Assembly: GCF_030013205.1 (NCBI RefSeq)
Contig: NZ_CP122648.1
Origin: Escherichia coli
Lineage (GTDB): Bacteria > Pseudomonadota > Gammaproteobacteria > Enterobacterales > Enterobacteriaceae
Reading direction: 5' to 3' (one strand)
Length of the DNA: 64,000 nucleotides
Below, in pieces: positions 10,711-23,564 of the stretch (positions are counted from its first letter, which is position 1; each line of letters starts with the position of its first letter). The notes under the pieces are model-generated. The model made no database searches, was not told the origin of the DNA, and saw nothing but the letters and a program-made list of their open reading frames with translations. A program made the position numbers and the translations under genes.

Positions 10711-12006
10711 TTAATCGCTGTTTTTGGCAATTAAACGTTCCGGGATAACAAAACTGAAACGTGTTCCTTTTCCTACTGTACTCTCAATATTCAGGCGACT
10801 TTCGTGATGATTCACCGCATGTTTCACGATCGCTAACCCTAATCCGCTACCGCCGGTTTGCCGGGAACGCGCTTTATCAACGCGATAAAAACGCTCGGTC
10901 AGGCGCGGAATATGCTCCGGTGCAATGCCCGGTCCGTTATCTTCAACGCTAAATTCGGCACCGTGCGGCACTCGCTGCCAGCGTACGGTGATATGCGTGC
11001 CTTCCGGCGTATGATTTACGGCGTTATAGACCAGGTTCGAAATCGCACTGCGTAGCTGATCTTCGTTGCCAGACACCTTGAGGCCGTTATCTATCTCAAA
11101 GGTAAATGTCTGTTTTTTCTGACTCAGAGTCTGAGCCTCGCGCTCAACAACGCGCAGCATCATTGGCACATCAACCTTTTCATTGAGCAAATGCGTCGGT
11201 GCGGCTTCTATTTTCGACAGCGTCAGCAACTGCTTCACCAGCCCTTCCATCCGCTGGGTCTGCTCGCGCATGGTGTGCAACGCTTTTTCACGTACCGCGC
11301 CTTCCAGCGGTTGCTCATCCATCATCTCCAGGTAACCCTGTAACACGGTCAATGGCGTACGTAACTCATGGCTCACGTTGGCAAAAAAGTTACGCCGCGC
11401 CCCTTCCAATTGATGCATTTGCGTGACATCACGCGCCACCATCAGCAACTGTTTGTGGGTATAAGGCATGACGCGAATTTCCAGATGCCGCCCGGTGTTG
11501 AGCACCAGATTAAGCGGGCGAGAAAAATCACGCGTTTTCAGATATTGCGTAAACTCCGGGTAACGCAGCAAGTTAAGGATGTTCTGCCCGTTATCTTCCG
11601 GCCAGCGCAAGCCAAGAATCTGTTGCGCCAGACCGTTGCACCAGAAAATACCGCCCTCTTCCGTGGTCAGCACCACCGCGTCGGGCAGCGACTCCGCGCC
11701 GCTACGAAAGCGTTTAATCAGATTGCCCAGTTCGCGGCGGCGTTTTTTATTTCGCAACTGCATCTGGTGTAATCCGTATAGCAGCGGTTCCCAGCTACCA
11801 CGTCCCGGTGGCGGGGTCATACTACGATCCACCCACAGCCACCATGAAAGGCGCAATAAATTCCAGAAATGCCAGATAAGCAGTCCTGTTACCGATGCCA
11901 GCAAAAACCAGGGCAGGTAACCAAAAAATGCACCCAGGATGAAAGCCGGGAGGCAGCAAAGTAGCAGCTCCAGCACCAGCCTTTTCCACGACAGCCGTTC
12001 CAGCAC
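10711..12006 (-). CDS. phoR: phosphate regulon sensor histidine kinase
   Basis: 431-aa match to E. coli PhoR with histidine kinase motifs ([17 protein letters not shown]); immediately downstream of phoB. Confidence 0.95.
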   Translation of the reverse strand: MLERLSWKRLVLELLLCCLPAFILGAFFGYLPWFLLASVTGLLIWHFWNLLRLSWWLWVDRSMTPPPGRGSWEPLLYGLHQMQLRNKKRRRELGNLIKRFRSGAESLPDAVVLTTEEGGIFWCNGLAQQILGLRWPEDNGQNILNLLRYPEFTQYLKTRDFSRPLNLVLNTGRHLEIRVMPYTHKQLLMVARDVTQMHQLEGARRNFFANVSHELRTPLTVLQGYLEMMDEQPLEGAVREKALHTMREQTQRMEGLVKQLLTLSKIEAAPTHLLNEKVDVPMMLRVVEREAQTLSQKKQTFTFEIDNGLKVSGNEDQLRSAISNLVYNAVNHTPEGTHITVRWQRVPHGAEFSVEDNGPGIAPEHIPRLTERFYRVDKARSRQTGGSGLGLAIVKHAVNHHESRLNIESTVGKGTRFSFVIPERLIAKNSD

Positions 12007-12063
12007 GTAAGATACTCCAGTTAAGAATTCATAAGCCCTGCTCTGCGTCCGATGAGCAAGGCG

Positions 12064-12753
12064 TTAAAAGCGGGTTGAAAAACGATATCCTGTACCGCGC
12101 ACGGTCTGCACCATGCGGTCATGCCCGCCGGGCTCCAGTGCTTTACGCAGGCGACGAATGTGGACATCGACTGTACGATCTTCCACATACACGTTGGTTC
12201 CCCAGACGTGGTTTAACAGCTGCTCGCGGCTGTACACGCGCTCAGGATGCGTCATAAAAAAGTGCAGCAGTTTAAATTCTGTCGGCCCCATCTCCAGTGG
12301 CTCTTCGCCCGCCATCACCCGGTGAGATGTCGGGTCGAGGCTTAGCCCCTGCATCTCGATCACCTCTTCCACCGCCATTGGCGAAATACGGCGCATTACC
12401 GCTTTGATTCGCGCCACCAGCTCCTTCGGCGAAAACGGCTTGGTGATATAGTCATCCGCGCCGGTTTCAAGGCCGCGCACGCGATCTTCTTCTTCCCCTC
12501 TGGCGGTCAACATCACCACTGGAATATCCCGGGTCATCGACTCGCGCTTGAGGTGTTTGATGAACTGGATACCGGAGCCGCCAGGTAACATCCAGTCAAG
12601 GAGAATTAAATCCGGCCAGGGTTCATTCAGTTGATTCACAGCACTGTCATAATCTTCCGCTTCGACCGGCTGAAAGCCATTTTGTTCGAGCACGAAGCAG
12701 ACCATTTCGCGAATTGGAGCTTCATCTTCTACGACCAGAATACGTCTCGCCAT
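12064..12753 (-). CDS. phoB: phosphate regulon response regulator
   Basis: 229-aa match to E. coli PhoB (receiver domain plus winged-helix domain). Confidence 0.95.
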
Positions 12754-12790
12754 GATTTGCCCTGTTGTAATAAATAGGTTGCGATCATTA

Positions 12791-12836
12791 ATGCGACGTC
12801 ATTATGCGTCAGATTTATGACAGATTTATGAAAAGC
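12791..12836 (-). promoter_or_regulatory. Pho box (PhoB binding site) of the phoBR promoter
   Basis: Minus-strand reading ttttcat-aaat-ctgtcat-aaat-ctgacgc-ataa-tgacgtc shows tandem 7-bp direct repeats spaced by 4 bp, as in the known phoB Pho box. Confidence 0.8.
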
Positions 12837-12942
12837 TCGTCGCACATATCTTCAGGTTATTGATTTCCGTGGCGCAGAAAAAAGCAAATGGCACATCTGT
12901 TTGGGTATAATCGCGCCCATGCTTTTTCGCCAGGGAACCGTT

Positions 12943-14145
12943 ATGCGCATCCTTCACACCTCAGACTGGCATCTCGGCCAGAACTTCTACAGTAAAAGCC
13001 GCGAAGCTGAACATCAGGCTTTTCTTGACTGGCTGCTGGAGACAGCACAAACCCATCAGGTGGATGCGATTATTGTTGCCGGTGATGTTTTCGATACCGG
13101 CTCGCCCCCCAGTTACGCCCGCACGTTATACAACCGTTTTGTTGTCAATTTACAGCAAACTGGCTGTCATCTGGTGGTACTGGCAGGAAACCATGACTCG
13201 GTCGCCACGCTAAATGAATCGCGCGATATCATGGCGTTCCTCAATACTACCGTGGTCGCCAGCGCCGGACATGCGCCGCAAATCTTGCCTCGTCGCGACG
13301 GGACGCCAGGCGCAGTGCTGTGCCCCATTCCGTTTTTACGCCCACGTGACATTATTACCAGCCAGGCGGGGCTTAACGGTATTGAAAAACAGCAGCATTT
13401 GCTGGCGGCTATTACTGATTATTATCAACAACACTATGCCGATGCCTGCAAACTGCGCGGCGATCAGCCTCTACCCATCATCGCCACGGGACATTTAACA
13501 ACTGTGGGTGCCAGTAAAAGTGATGCTGTGCGTGACATCTATATTGGCACGCTGGACGCGTTTCCGGCACAAAACTTTCCACCAGCCGACTACATCGCGC
13601 TCGGGCATATTCACCGCGCGCAGATTATTGGCGGCATGGAACATGTTCGCTATTGCGGTTCCCCCATACCACTGAGTTTTGATGAATGCGGTAAGAGTAA
13701 ATATGTCCATCTGGTGACATTTTCAAACGGTAAATTAGAGAGCGTGGAAAACCTGAACGTACCGGTAACGCAACCCATGGCGGTGCTGAAAGGCGATCTG
13801 GCGTCGATTACCGCACAGCTGGAACAGTGGCGCGATGTATCACAGGAGCCGCCTGTCTGGCTGGATATCGAAATCACTACTGATGAGTATCTGCATGATA
13901 TTCAGCGCAAAATCCAGGCATTAACCGAATCATTGCCTGTCGAAGTATTGCTGGTACGCCGGAGTCGTGAACAGCGCGAGCGAGTGTTAGCCAGCCAACA
14001 GCGTGAAACCCTCAGCGAACTCAGCGTCGAAGAGGTGTTCAATCGCCGTCTGGCACTGGAAGAACTGGATGAATCGCAGCAGCAACGTCTGCAGCATCTT
14101 TTCACCACGACGTTGCATACCCTCGCCGGAGAACACGAAGCATGA
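12943..14145 (+). CDS. sbcD: SbcCD nuclease subunit D (Mre11-like phosphoesterase)
   Basis: ATG at 12943 gives 400 aa beginning [12 protein letters not shown], the calcineurin-like phosphoesterase motif; overlaps sbcC start by 4 bp. Confidence 0.93.
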   Translation: MRILHTSDWHLGQNFYSKSREAEHQAFLDWLLETAQTHQVDAIIVAGDVFDTGSPPSYARTLYNRFVVNLQQTGCHLVVLAGNHDSVATLNESRDIMAFLNTTVVASAGHAPQILPRRDGTPGAVLCPIPFLRPRDIITSQAGLNGIEKQQHLLAAITDYYQQHYADACKLRGDQPLPIIATGHLTTVGASKSDAVRDIYIGTLDAFPAQNFPPADYIALGHIHRAQIIGGMEHVRYCGSPIPLSFDECGKSKYVHLVTFSNGKLESVENLNVPVTQPMAVLKGDLASITAQLEQWRDVSQEPPVWLDIEITTDEYLHDIQRKIQALTESLPVEVLLVRRSREQRERVLASQQRETLSELSVEEVFNRRLALEELDESQQQRLQHLFTTTLHTLAGEHEA

Positions 14146-17100
14146 AAATTCTCAGCCTGCGCCTGAAAAACCTGAACTCATTAAAAGGCGAATGGAAGAT
14201 TGATTTCACCCGCGAGCCGTTCGCCAGCAACGGGCTGTTTGCCATTACCGGCCCAACCGGTGCGGGGAAAACCACCCTGCTGGACGCCATTTGTCTGGCG
14301 CTGTATCACGAAACTCCGCGCCTTTCTAACGTTTCACAATCGCAAAATGATCTCATGACCCGCGATACCGCCGAATGTCTGGCGGAGGTGGAGTTTGAAG
14401 TGAAAGGTGAAGCGTATCGCGCGTTCTGGAGCCAGAATCGGGCGCGTAACCAGCCGGACGGTAATTTGCAGGTGCCACGCGTAGAGCTGGCGCGCTGCGC
14501 CGATGGCAAAATTCTCGCCGACAAAGTGAAAGATAAGCTGGAACTGACGGCGACGTTAACCGGACTGGATTACGGGCGCTTCACCCGTTCGATGCTGCTT
14601 TCGCAGGGGCAATTTGCTGCCTTCCTGAATGCCAAACCCAAAGAACGCGCGGAATTGCTCGAGGAGTTAACCGGCACTGAAATCTACGGACAAATCTCGT
14701 CGATGGTGTTTGAGCAGCACAAATCGGCCCGCACAGAGCTGGAGAAGCTGCAAGCGCAGGCCAGCGGCGTCGCGTTGCTCATGCCAGAACAAGTGCAATC
14801 GCTGACAGAAAGTTTGCAGGTACTCACTGACGAAGAAAAACAGTTACTTACCGCGCAGCAGCAAGAACAACAATCGCTAAACTGGTTAACGCGTCTGGAC
14901 GAATTGCAGCAAGAAGCCAGCCGCCGTCAACAGGCCTTGCAACAGGCGTTAGCCGAAGAAGAAAAAGCGCAACCTCAACTGGCGGCGCTCAGTCTGGCCC
15001 AACCGGCACGAAATCTTCGTCCGCACTGGGAACGCATCGCAGAACACAGCGCGGCGCTGGCGCATACTCGCCAGCAGATTAAAGAAGTAAATACTCGCTT
15101 ACAGAGCACAATGGCGCTTCGCGCGAGCATTCGCCACCACGCGGCGAAGCAGTCAGCAGAATTACAGCAGCAGCAACAAAGCCTGAATGCCTGGCTACAG
15201 GAACACGACCGCTTCCGTCAGTGGAACAACGAACTGGCGGGTTGGCGTGCGCAGTTCTCCCAACAAACCAGCGATCGCGAGCATCTGCGGCAATGGCAGC
15301 AACAGTTAACCCATGCTGAGCAAAAACTTAATGCGCTTGCGGCGATCACATTGACGTTATCCGCCGATGAAGTTGCTAGCGCCCTGGCGCAACATGCTGA
15401 GCAACGCACGCTGCGTCAGCGCCTGGTCGCGCTGCATGGACAGATTGTTCCCCAACAAAAACGCCTGGCGCAATTACAGGTCGCTATCCAGAATGTCACG
15501 CAAGAACAGACGCAACGTAACGCCGCACTTAACGAAATGCGCCAGCGTTATAAAGAAAAGACGCAGCAACTTGCCGATGTCAAAACCATTTGCGAGCAGG
15601 AAGCGCGTATTAAAACGCTGGAAGCCCAGCGCGCGCAGTTACAGGCGGGTCAGCCTTGTCCACTTTGTGGTTCCACCAGCCACCCGGCGGTCGAGGCGTA
15701 TCAGGCGCTGGAACCGGGCGTTAATCAGGCCCGGCTATTAACGCTGGAAAAAGAAGTGAAAAAGCTCGGCGAAGAAGGTGCGGCGCTACGTGGGCAACTG
15801 GATGCATTAACGAAGCAGCTTCAGCGCGATGAAAACGAAGCGCAAAGCCTCCGACAAGATGAGCAAGCACTTACTCAACAATGGCAAGCCGTCACGGCCA
15901 GCCTCAATATCACCCTGCAGCCACAGGACGATATTCAACCGTGGCTAGATGAACAAGATGAGCACGAACGCCAGCTGCGGTTACTCAACCAACGGCATGA
16001 ATTACAAGGGCAGATTGCCGCGCATAATCAGCAAATTATCCAGTATCAACAGCAAATTGAACAACGCCAGCAGCAACTCTTAACGGCATTGGCGGGTTAT
16101 GCACTGACATTGCCACAGGAAGGTGAAGAAGAGAGCTGGTTGGCGACGCGTCAGCAAGAAGCGCAGAGCTGGCAGCAACGCCAGAACGAATTAACCGCGC
16201 TGCAAAACCGTATGCAGCAGCTGACGCCGATTCTGGAAACGTTGCCGCAAAGTGATGAACTCCCACACAGCGAAGAAACTGTGGCGCTGGAAAACTGGCG
16301 GCAGGTTCATGAACAATGTCTCGCATTACACAGCCAGCAGCAGACGTTACAGCAACAGGATGTTCTGGCGGCGCAAAGTCTGCAAAAAGCCCAGGCGCAG
16401 TTTGACACCGCGCTACAGGCCAGCGTCTTTGACGATCAGCAGGCGTTCCTTGCGGCGCTAATGAATGAACAAACACTAACCCAACTGGAACAGCTCAAGC
16501 AGAATCTGGAAAACCAGCGCCGTCAGGCGCAAACGCTGGTCACTCAGACAGCTGAAACGCTGGCACAGCATCAGCAACACCGACCTGACGGGTTGGCTCT
16601 CACTGTAACGGTGGAGCAGATTCAGCAAGAGTTAGCGCAAACTCACCAAAAGTTGCGTGAAAACACCACCAGTCAGGGCGAGATTCGCCAGCAGCTGAAG
16701 CAGGATGCAGATAACCGTCAGCAACAACAGACCTTAATGCAGCAAATTGCTCAAATGACGCAGCAGGTTGAGGACTGGGGATATCTGAATTCGCTAATAG
16801 GTTCCAAAGAGGGCGATAAATTCCGCAAGTTTGCCCAAGGACTGACGCTGGATAATTTAGTCCATCTCGCTAATCAGCAACTTACCCGGCTGCACGGGCG
16901 CTATCTGTTACAGCGCAAAGCCAGCGAGGCGCTGGAAGTCGAGGTTGTTGATACCTGGCAGGCAGATGCGGTACGCGATACCCGTACCCTTTCCGGTGGC
17001 GAGAGTTTCCTCGTCAGTCTGGCGCTGGCACTGGCGCTTTCAGATCTGGTCAGCCATAAAACGCGTATTGACTCGCTGTTCCTTGATGAAGGTTTTGGCA

Positions 17101-17285
17101 CGCTGGATAGCGAAACGCTGGATACCGCCCTTGATGCGCTGGATGCCCTGAACGCCAGTGGCAAAACCATTGGTGTGATTAGCCACGTAGAAGCGATGAA
17201 AGAGCGTATTCCGGTGCAGATCAAAGTGAAAAAGATCAACGGCCTGGGCTACAGCAAACTGGAAAGTACGTTTGCAGTGAAATAA
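14142..17285 (+). CDS. sbcC: SbcCD nuclease ATPase subunit C (Rad50-like SMC ATPase)
   Basis: 1047 aa with N-terminal Walker A (GPTGAGKTT), long Gln-rich coiled coil, zinc-hook CPLCGS and C-terminal signature/Walker B ([17 protein letters not shown]...[11 protein letters not shown]). Confidence 0.95.
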   Translation: MKILSLRLKNLNSLKGEWKIDFTREPFASNGLFAITGPTGAGKTTLLDAICLALYHETPRLSNVSQSQNDLMTRDTAECLAEVEFEVKGEAYRAFWSQNRARNQPDGNLQVPRVELARCADGKILADKVKDKLELTATLTGLDYGRFTRSMLLSQGQFAAFLNAKPKERAELLEELTGTEIYGQISSMVFEQHKSARTELEKLQAQASGVALLMPEQVQSLTESLQVLTDEEKQLLTAQQQEQQSLNWLTRLDELQQEASRRQQALQQALAEEEKAQPQLAALSLAQPARNLRPHWERIAEHSAALAHTRQQIKEVNTRLQSTMALRASIRHHAAKQSAELQQQQQSLNAWLQEHDRFRQWNNELAGWRAQFSQQTSDREHLRQWQQQLTHAEQKLNALAAITLTLSADEVASALAQHAEQRTLRQRLVALHGQIVPQQKRLAQLQVAIQNVTQEQTQRNAALNEMRQRYKEKTQQLADVKTICEQEARIKTLEAQRAQLQAGQPCPLCGSTSHPAVEAYQALEPGVNQARLLTLEKEVKKLGEEGAALRGQLDALTKQLQRDENEAQSLRQDEQALTQQWQAVTASLNITLQPQDDIQPWLDEQDEHERQLRLLNQRHELQGQIAAHNQQIIQYQQQIEQRQQQLLTALAGYALTLPQEGEEESWLATRQQEAQSWQQRQNELTALQNRMQQLTPILETLPQSDELPHSEETVALENWRQVHEQCLALHSQQQTLQQQDVLAAQSLQKAQAQFDTALQASVFDDQQAFLAALMNEQTLTQLEQLKQNLENQRRQAQTLVTQTAETLAQHQQHRPDGLALTVTVEQIQQELAQTHQKLRENTTSQGEIRQQLKQDADNRQQQQTLMQQIAQMTQQVEDWGYLNSLIGSKEGDKFRKFAQGLTLDNLVHLANQQLTRLHGRYLLQRKASEALEVEVVDTWQADAVRDTRTLSGGESFLVSLALALALSDLVSHKTRIDSLFLDEGFGTLDSETLDTALDALDALNASGKTIGVISHVEAMKERIPVQIKVKKINGLGYSKLESTFAVK

Positions 17286-17410
17286 CTATTCAGCAGGATA
17301 ATGAATACAGAGGGGCGAATTATCTCTTGGCCTTGCTGGTCGTTATCCTGCAAGCTATCACTTTATTGGCTACGGTGATTGGTAGCCGTTCTGGTGGTTG
17401 TGATGGTGGT

Positions 17411-18595
17411 ATGAAAAAAGTCATTTTATCTTTGGCTCTGGGCACGTTTGGTTTGGGGATGGCCGAATTTGGCATTATGGGCGTGCTCACGGAGCTGGCG
17501 CATAACGTAGGAATTTCGATTCCTGCTGCCGGGCATATGATCTCGTATTATGCGCTGGGGGTGGTGGTCGGTGCGCCAATCATCGCCCTCTTTTCCAGTC
17601 GCTACTCGCTCAAACATATCTTGTTGTTTCTGGTGGCGTTGTGCGTCATTGGCAACGCCATGTTCACGCTCTCTTCGTCTTACCTGATGCTCGCCATTAG
17701 TCGGCTGGTTTCCGGCTTTCCGCATGGCGCATTTTTTGGCGTCGGCGCGATCGTGTTATCAAAAATTATCAAACCCGGCAAAGTCACCGCCGCCGTGGCG
17801 GGGATGGTTTCCGGGATGACAGTCGCCAATTTGCTGGGCATTCCGCTGGGAACGTATTTAAGTCAGGAATTTAGCTGGCGTTACACCTTTTTATTGATCG
17901 CTGTTTTTAATATTGCGGTGATGGCATCGGTCTATTTTTGGGTGCCGGATATTCGCGACGAAGCGAAAGGAAAGCTACGCGAACAATTTCACTTTTTACA
18001 CAGCCCGGCCCCGTGGTTAATTTTCGCCGCCACCATGTTTGGCAACGCAGGTGTATTTGCCTGGTTCAGCTACGTAAAGCCATACATGATGTTTATTTCC
18101 GGTTTTTCGGAAACGGCGATGACCTTTATTATGATGTTAGTGGGGCTAGGGATGGTGCTGGGGAATGTGCTAAGTGGCCGGATTTCAGGACGTTATTCAC
18201 CACTGCGCATTGCAGCAGTGACTGACTTTATCATTGTACTGGCACTGCTGATGCTCTTTTTCTGCGGCGGCATGAAAATAACGTCGCTTATTTTTGCTTT
18301 TATTTGTTGCGCGGGATTATTTGCCCTTTCAGCACCTCTGCAAATATTGTTACTGCAAAACGCCAAAGGCGGAGAGTTATTAGGTGCCGCAGGTGGGCAA
18401 ATAGCGTTTAACCTCGGTAGCGCCGTCGGCGCATATTGCGGTGGTATGATGCTGACGCTGGGGCTGGCATATAATTACGTGGCGCTGCCTGCCGCCCTGC
18501 TTTCGTTTGCTGCGATGTCGTCGTTGCTGCTGTATGGTCGCTATAAGCGCCAGCAAGCGGCGGATGGTCCGGTGCTGGCGAAACCACTGGGGTAG
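17411..18595 (+). CDS. araJ: MFS transporter AraJ
   Basis: ATG at 17411 gives 394 aa beginning MKKVILSLALGTFGLGMAEFG, matching E. coli AraJ; the ORF-track start at 17327 is an upstream extension. Confidence 0.9.
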   Translation: MKKVILSLALGTFGLGMAEFGIMGVLTELAHNVGISIPAAGHMISYYALGVVVGAPIIALFSSRYSLKHILLFLVALCVIGNAMFTLSSSYLMLAISRLVSGFPHGAFFGVGAIVLSKIIKPGKVTAAVAGMVSGMTVANLLGIPLGTYLSQEFSWRYTFLLIAVFNIAVMASVYFWVPDIRDEAKGKLREQFHFLHSPAPWLIFAATMFGNAGVFAWFSYVKPYMMFISGFSETAMTFIMMLVGLGMVLGNVLSGRISGRYSPLRIAAVTDFIIVLALLMLFFCGGMKITSLIFAFICCAGLFALSAPLQILLLQNAKGGELLGAAGGQIAFNLGSAVGAYCGGMMLTLGLAYNYVALPAALLSFAAMSSLLLYGRYKRQQAADGPVLAKPLG

Positions 18596-18626
18596 ATTGC
18601 GGTCACGTTGCGCGTTGCTTATTGCT

Positions 18627-18722
18627 GGATACGGCATGAACGCCTTATCCGCCCTACGCGGTTCTGGCACATTTTGTAGGCCTGATAAAACGCGGCAAGC
18701 GTCGCATCAGGCATGATGCGCC
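18627..18722. repeat. REP/BIME palindromic unit pair
   Basis: Two REP-like units in opposite orientation: ggatacggcatgaacgccttatccgccctac and tgtaggcctgataaaacgcggcaagcgtcgcatcaggcat. Confidence 0.7.
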
Positions 18723-18737
18723 AATTGCCTACGTTTT

Positions 18738-19646
18738 TTACTCTTGTGGCCATAACCACGCAGCGCCGCGTACGCCGCTGGAATCACCGTGCTTCGCCTT
18801 ACGCACCGGCGTTTCACATTCGCCGCCGAAGACAAATTGTTTAATCAACTGCGGAACCGTTTGATATAAACGGTCTACATTGCTCATCCCGCCCCCCAGG
18901 ACAATCACATCCGGATCGAGAATATTCACGACATGTGCCAGCGATTTCGCCAGCCGCAGCTCGTAGCGACGCAATGCCAGTTCCGCTACCGGATCGCTTT
19001 CTTCAACCAGGCGGATAATTTCACTGCCTTTCAGCGCATGTCCGCTCAAACGACGATAATCCGTAGCGAATCCCGTGCCCGAAATAAAGGTTTCAATACA
19101 ACCTTGTTTACCGCAATAACAAGGGACTTCCTCGCGATAACGCAGTTCGTCTTCGTCCATCCACGGTAGCGGATTGTGTCCCCACTCACCTGCCGTGCCA
19201 TTGCCGCCGATATGCGCCCGCCCATTGAATGCCACGCCCGCGCCGCATCCCGTGCCGATAATCACGGCAAATACCGTCTGCGCTCCCGCTGCCGCGCCAT
19301 CTACCGCTTCTGAAACCGCCAGACAGTTGGCGTCATTTGCCAGCCGCACTTCCCGCTGCAACCGCGCGCTTAAGTCTTTATCGAATGGCTGACCGTTGAG
19401 CCAGGTTGAATTGGCATTCTTCACCACGCCGGTGTAAGGCGAAATTGAGCCAGGAATGCCCATACCTACCGTTCCGCGCAGCCCTGTCGCCTGCTCCGCC
19501 ATATCAACCAACGTGGCGATCGTTTCAATAGTCTGCCGGTAATCATCACGCGGCGTGGGCAGACGATGGCGGTACAACTGCTCCCCTGCATCGCCCAGTG
19601 CAATCACTTCAGTTTTGGTGCCGCCTAAATCGATACCTATACGCAC
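18738..19646 (-). CDS. mak: fructokinase/manno(fructo)kinase (ROK family)
   Basis: 302-aa match to E. coli Mak from an internal GTG start ([14 protein letters not shown]); the ORF-track start at 19784 is an upstream extension. Confidence 0.88.
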   Translation of the reverse strand: MRIGIDLGGTKTEVIALGDAGEQLYRHRLPTPRDDYRQTIETIATLVDMAEQATGLRGTVGMGIPGSISPYTGVVKNANSTWLNGQPFDKDLSARLQREVRLANDANCLAVSEAVDGAAAGAQTVFAVIIGTGCGAGVAFNGRAHIGGNGTAGEWGHNPLPWMDEDELRYREEVPCYCGKQGCIETFISGTGFATDYRRLSGHALKGSEIIRLVEESDPVAELALRRYELRLAKSLAHVVNILDPDVIVLGGGMSNVDRLYQTVPQLIKQFVFGGECETPVRKAKHGDSSGVRGAAWLWPQE

Positions 19647-19770
19647 GGTACTCTCCTTATTTTTTTCAATATCAATAGCGTAGAGACGGACAACTGGATT
19701 GGCAATGCAAGGCCGCCGACAATTCGTTATCATGCCCGCTAAATTTAACGACAAGGCCGTGGAAATTATC

Positions 19771-20682
19771 ATGCTGTGGTTCAAAAATTTAATGGTTTAC
19801 CGTCTTAGCCGCGAGATTTCGTTGCGTGCAGAAGAGATGGAAAAACAGCTAGCCTCGATGGCATTTACCCCATGCGGCAGCCAGGACATGGCGAAGATGG
19901 GCTGGGTTCCTCCGATGGGATCGCACAGCGATGCGTTAACGCACGTTGCCAATGGTCAAATTGTTATCTGCGCGCGCAAAGAAGAAAAAATCCTCCCGTC
20001 TCCGGTGATTAAACAGGCGCTGGAAGCGAAAATCGCCAAACTGGAAGCGGAACAGGCGCGTAAGCTGAAGAAAACCGAAAAAGATTCGCTGAAAGACGAA
20101 GTGCTGCACTCTCTGCTGCCACGTGCTTTCAGCCGTTTTAGCCAGACAATGATGTGGATCGACACGGTTAATGGTTTGATTATGGTGGACTGCGCCAGTG
20201 CCAAAAAAGCGGAAGATACGCTGGCATTACTGCGTAAAAGCCTGGGGTCGTTACCGGTTGTACCATTGAGCATGGAAAACCCGATTGAACTGACGCTGAC
20301 CGAATGGGTACGCTCCGGCAGCACAGCACAGGGCTTCCAGCTGCTTGATGAAGCCGAGCTGAAATCACTGCTGGAAGATGGCGGCGTGATCCGCGCGAAG
20401 AAACAAGATCTGACCAGCGAAGAGATCACCAACCACATTGAAGCCGGAAAAGTGGTGACTAAACTGGCGCTCGACTGGCAGCAGCGCATTCAGTTTGTGA
20501 TGTGCGACGATGGTTCGCTCAAGCGTCTGAAGTTCTGCGACGAGCTGCGCGATCAAAACGAAGATATCGACCGTGAAGATTTCGCCCAGCGTTTTGATGC
20601 CGATTTCATCCTGATGACTGGTGAACTGGCAGCGTTAATTCAAAACCTGATTGAAGGATTAGGTGGCGAAGCACAACGTTAA
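19771..20682 (+). CDS. rdgC: recombination-associated protein RdgC
   Basis: ATG at 19771 gives 303 aa beginning [12 protein letters not shown], matching E. coli RdgC. Confidence 0.93.
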   Translation: MLWFKNLMVYRLSREISLRAEEMEKQLASMAFTPCGSQDMAKMGWVPPMGSHSDALTHVANGQIVICARKEEKILPSPVIKQALEAKIAKLEAEQARKLKKTEKDSLKDEVLHSLLPRAFSRFSQTMMWIDTVNGLIMVDCASAKKAEDTLALLRKSLGSLPVVPLSMENPIELTLTEWVRSGSTAQGFQLLDEAELKSLLEDGGVIRAKKQDLTSEEITNHIEAGKVVTKLALDWQQRIQFVMCDDGSLKRLKFCDELRDQNEDIDREDFAQRFDADFILMTGELAALIQNLIEGLGGEAQR

Positions 20683-20700
20683 TTGCTGATTTACCTTTAA

Positions 20701-20737
20701 TGCCGGATGCGACGCCTGCCGCGTCTTATCCGGCGTA
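20701..20737. repeat. REP element
   Basis: tgccggatgcgacgcctgccgcgtcttatccggcgtac, the canonical REP palindrome, immediately downstream of rdgC. Confidence 0.7.
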
Positions 20738-20839
20738 CGAAGCTACACCAGGCATATAATTATTCGCTACGGCGGGCAATAATTTTTAGCGCAGCAATAT
20801 TATGCGTTTTACGCTGTAACTTGATCCAGGGGCGTTGTG

Positions 20840-21118
20840 TCATTGTTTTTCCTCAAGCCGGTGACGCGCTTCACTGCGAATTTTCCGCGTTGCCCCGGTT
20901 TTCACTAAATCCCGTAACTGCGAAAGAGCGGGTTGATCGACAAATAAAAGTAATGATGGCTCCTCTTTTAGCCACACCGTTTTCACATCGGCAGCCAGCT
21001 GTGGATTATTAATAGCCAGCGACCGATCCTGAGACTCCGTCAATGTCGTTAACAACATCGGGGTATGTGCGTTGCGCAATGCCGTTTGGCGCAAATGATC
21101 ATTGCGACTTTGCAGCAA
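20840..21118 (-). CDS. small hypothetical ORF (possibly ykiA-like)
   Basis: 92-aa ORF in the rdgC-ppnP interval where K-12 has a small poorly characterised ORF; no functional motif seen, so coding status is uncertain. Confidence 0.3.
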   Translation of the reverse strand: MLQSRNDHLRQTALRNAHTPMLLTTLTESQDRSLAINNPQLAADVKTVWLKEEPSLLLFVDQPALSQLRDLVKTGATRKIRSEARHRLEEKQ

Positions 21119-21325
21119 TGCACGCCACCATTCATCATCTGATTTATCTTTTATCGTCGCCAGTTCCGCAACAATATCTGGAGATCTTCACTGATATTTA
21201 TATCAACCTTGATGAATTATGAATATATCGGAAATCGAAAAAATCGCAGCAAAGGAAATATTATTATGGGTTTATGAGAGGACATTTCAGAAAAATGCCC
21301 TCCCGTTCATGGGGAAGGCGAGGAA

Positions 21326-21610
21326 TTACAGATAGCGGCACAGATAAGAGGTGGGTTCGGCAACTTGCAGATGAAACTCGCTGTGACCGGGAACATTAAA
21401 CACCGAACCGGCTTCATACACTTGCCAGTCGGTCGCGTCAGGCAGTAACACATTCAGCGCACCACTGATTACCGTCATCTCTTCAGGCTCAGCGGTGCTG
21501 AAGGTGTATTCACCTTCAACCATAACACCCACGCTGGCGCGACCAGTGCTGCTGCTGGAAAAGCCGATCGATTTCACTTTGCCGGAAAAGTACTCATTAC
21601 TTTGAAGCAT
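21326..21610 (-). CDS. ppnP: pyrimidine/purine nucleoside phosphorylase (YaiE)
   Basis: 94-aa match to E. coli PpnP/YaiE. Confidence 0.9.
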
Positions 21611-21681
21611 AAACTGGCCCTGTCTGGTAGTTGAACATCTACTTCACTATAGGGGCCAGAGGCGCTGGCTGTCACGCAAAA

Positions 21682-22359
21682 TTACACCAGTAATTCCGCA
21701 GCCAGCCGTGCAATCAATACGTTAGAGAGCAAGACAGGAACATCGAGCTGTTTTTGCAGTAAATCGCGATGACGCTGGTTAAATCCCAAACAATCCAGCA
21801 TGATGACATCAGCCCCTTTTGCCAGTAATTCTTTCCCGGCATCAATGATTTTTTGTTCCGAATCATGAATGGGGTTACCCAATGAAAATACTGGCGGTTT
21901 CTGCAAAATTTGCCATTTTTGCGCCTGAACGGTCAGCAACTCCTCAACCGGTACGATAACCCCCACCTGATGATCTTCAACAATAGAGGAAACCAGCGGT
22001 GGCAATATCCGCGACGGCTCAAGAAAGATCGTATTACGCGCGGTCATACTACTAATGTTTGCTGTACTCATTAATATAATGACGTCGTAACCCTGATTAT
22101 CGAGCACTTCAACCACACCTTGCAGGTCTCGTTCCACTTTACGACGCGAAACATGGGCCAGCTGGTTGTCATTTAATAATGTGAGAATGGTGTCTTCGCC
22201 TGCTTCTGGCGCGTACTCCGCCATCACTTCTTCGCGGCTTAACTTCCCCAGCAGGCTATGATGGGAAATATTATCTTCGTCAATGTATTCTGTCAGGAGT
22301 GGCAAAACTTCCTGCATAGGTACAATGCCGATGGTCAGGATCGCCAACGACGCACTCAT
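21682..22359 (-). CDS. aroM: AroM family protein
   Basis: 225-aa match to E. coli AroM; downstream of aroL-yaiA in the known operon order. Confidence 0.9.
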   Translation of the reverse strand: MSASLAILTIGIVPMQEVLPLLTEYIDEDNISHHSLLGKLSREEVMAEYAPEAGEDTILTLLNDNQLAHVSRRKVERDLQGVVEVLDNQGYDVIILMSTANISSMTARNTIFLEPSRILPPLVSSIVEDHQVGVIVPVEELLTVQAQKWQILQKPPVFSLGNPIHDSEQKIIDAGKELLAKGADVIMLDCLGFNQRHRDLLQKQLDVPVLLSNVLIARLAAELLV

Positions 22360-22616
22360 TGTTCTTCCACCTTACTTTTATTTCGTCGTTAATTACCGGG
22401 CAAGCGCTAAGCACCACTGCTGACACTTACCTGTGCTACAAATGACAAAAAGCGTAGCAGCAGACCTGCACGGCATAATGTAAAGATTCCAAATGATTCC
22501 AGTAATGGATTGTTATTGTTTAATATTCTAATTATTTGAAAAACATGAATTGTGAAAAATGTGACGCAGATCCCTTGTGGTGGTACTCAGAATCCCTTCC
22601 GAGCAGTCTGATGCGG

Positions 22617-22817
<201 letters not shown>

Positions 22818-22857
22818 TTATTTCACGGGATGAACGTTAAGTATAGGCGCTCGAAAA

Positions 22858-23382
22858 TCAACAATTGATCGTCTGTGCCAGGGCACTGCTAATTTCAGAA
22901 ATCACCTGGCTGGGTTCGTTTGTTGCGTCGATGATAATATGCGCAACTTCGCGATATAGCGCATCGCGTTCTTCCAGCACTTCCTGAACTTCTTCGCTCA
23001 GCGGTTTCCCCGTTAAGGTTGGCCGTAAATCTTCTTCCGGTGCAGCTTGCAGTCGGTTAACCAGGACTGATACTGGCGCACACAAATAAACCACGATCCC
23101 GTTATTTTGCATAAAGTGACGATTAAATTCCGTCAGAATAATGCCGCCGCCCGTGGCGATAACGGTGGATGGCGCAGTTACCGCTTCCAGCGCCGCCGTT
23201 TCTCTGGCGCGGAATCCCGCCCACTCTTCCCTTTCGACGATCTCCGCAACCGTCATCTTGAGCTGTGATTGCAACCACTGATCGGTATCAACAAACCGAC
23301 GGTTAAGCGAATCGGCAAGGGCCATTCCGACCGTTGTTTTACCACAGCCCCGAGGCCCGATCAGAAAAAGAGGTTGTGTCAT
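22858..23382 (-). CDS. aroL: shikimate kinase II
   Basis: 174-aa match to E. coli AroL with P-loop GPRGCGKTT. Confidence 0.95.
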   Translation of the reverse strand: MTQPLFLIGPRGCGKTTVGMALADSLNRRFVDTDQWLQSQLKMTVAEIVEREEWAGFRARETAALEAVTAPSTVIATGGGIILTEFNRHFMQNNGIVVYLCAPVSVLVNRLQAAPEEDLRPTLTGKPLSEEVQEVLEERDALYREVAHIIIDATNEPSQVISEISSALAQTINC

Positions 23383-23468
23383 CGTGGGTTTTCCCCAATA
23401 GGTCGCAATGCGGCGAAAGCCGGTGTCATGAGAATAGCGATCATACCATCAAACTAGTACAATTTCGA

Positions 23469-23563
23469 TTGTAAAGAAGAAATTCCACTTAAAGTGAAAA
23501 TTTTAATACATCCCTTACTATACCAATAAATTTTCAAGAATGAAGTGTAAATAATAAATTACA
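23469..23563 (-). promoter_or_regulatory. aroL regulatory region with TyrR-box-like palindromes
   Basis: tgtaaataataaattaca (~23546-23563) and tgtaaagaagaaattcca (~23469-23486) resemble the TyrR box consensus TGTAAA-N6-TTTACA; aroL is a known TyrR target. Confidence 0.5.
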
Positions 23564-23564
23564 T

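Noticed and set aside
15367-15741. Short ORFs on both strands within the sbcC coiled-coil region.
   Set aside because: Artefacts of the low-complexity Gln/Ala-rich coiled-coil coding sequence.
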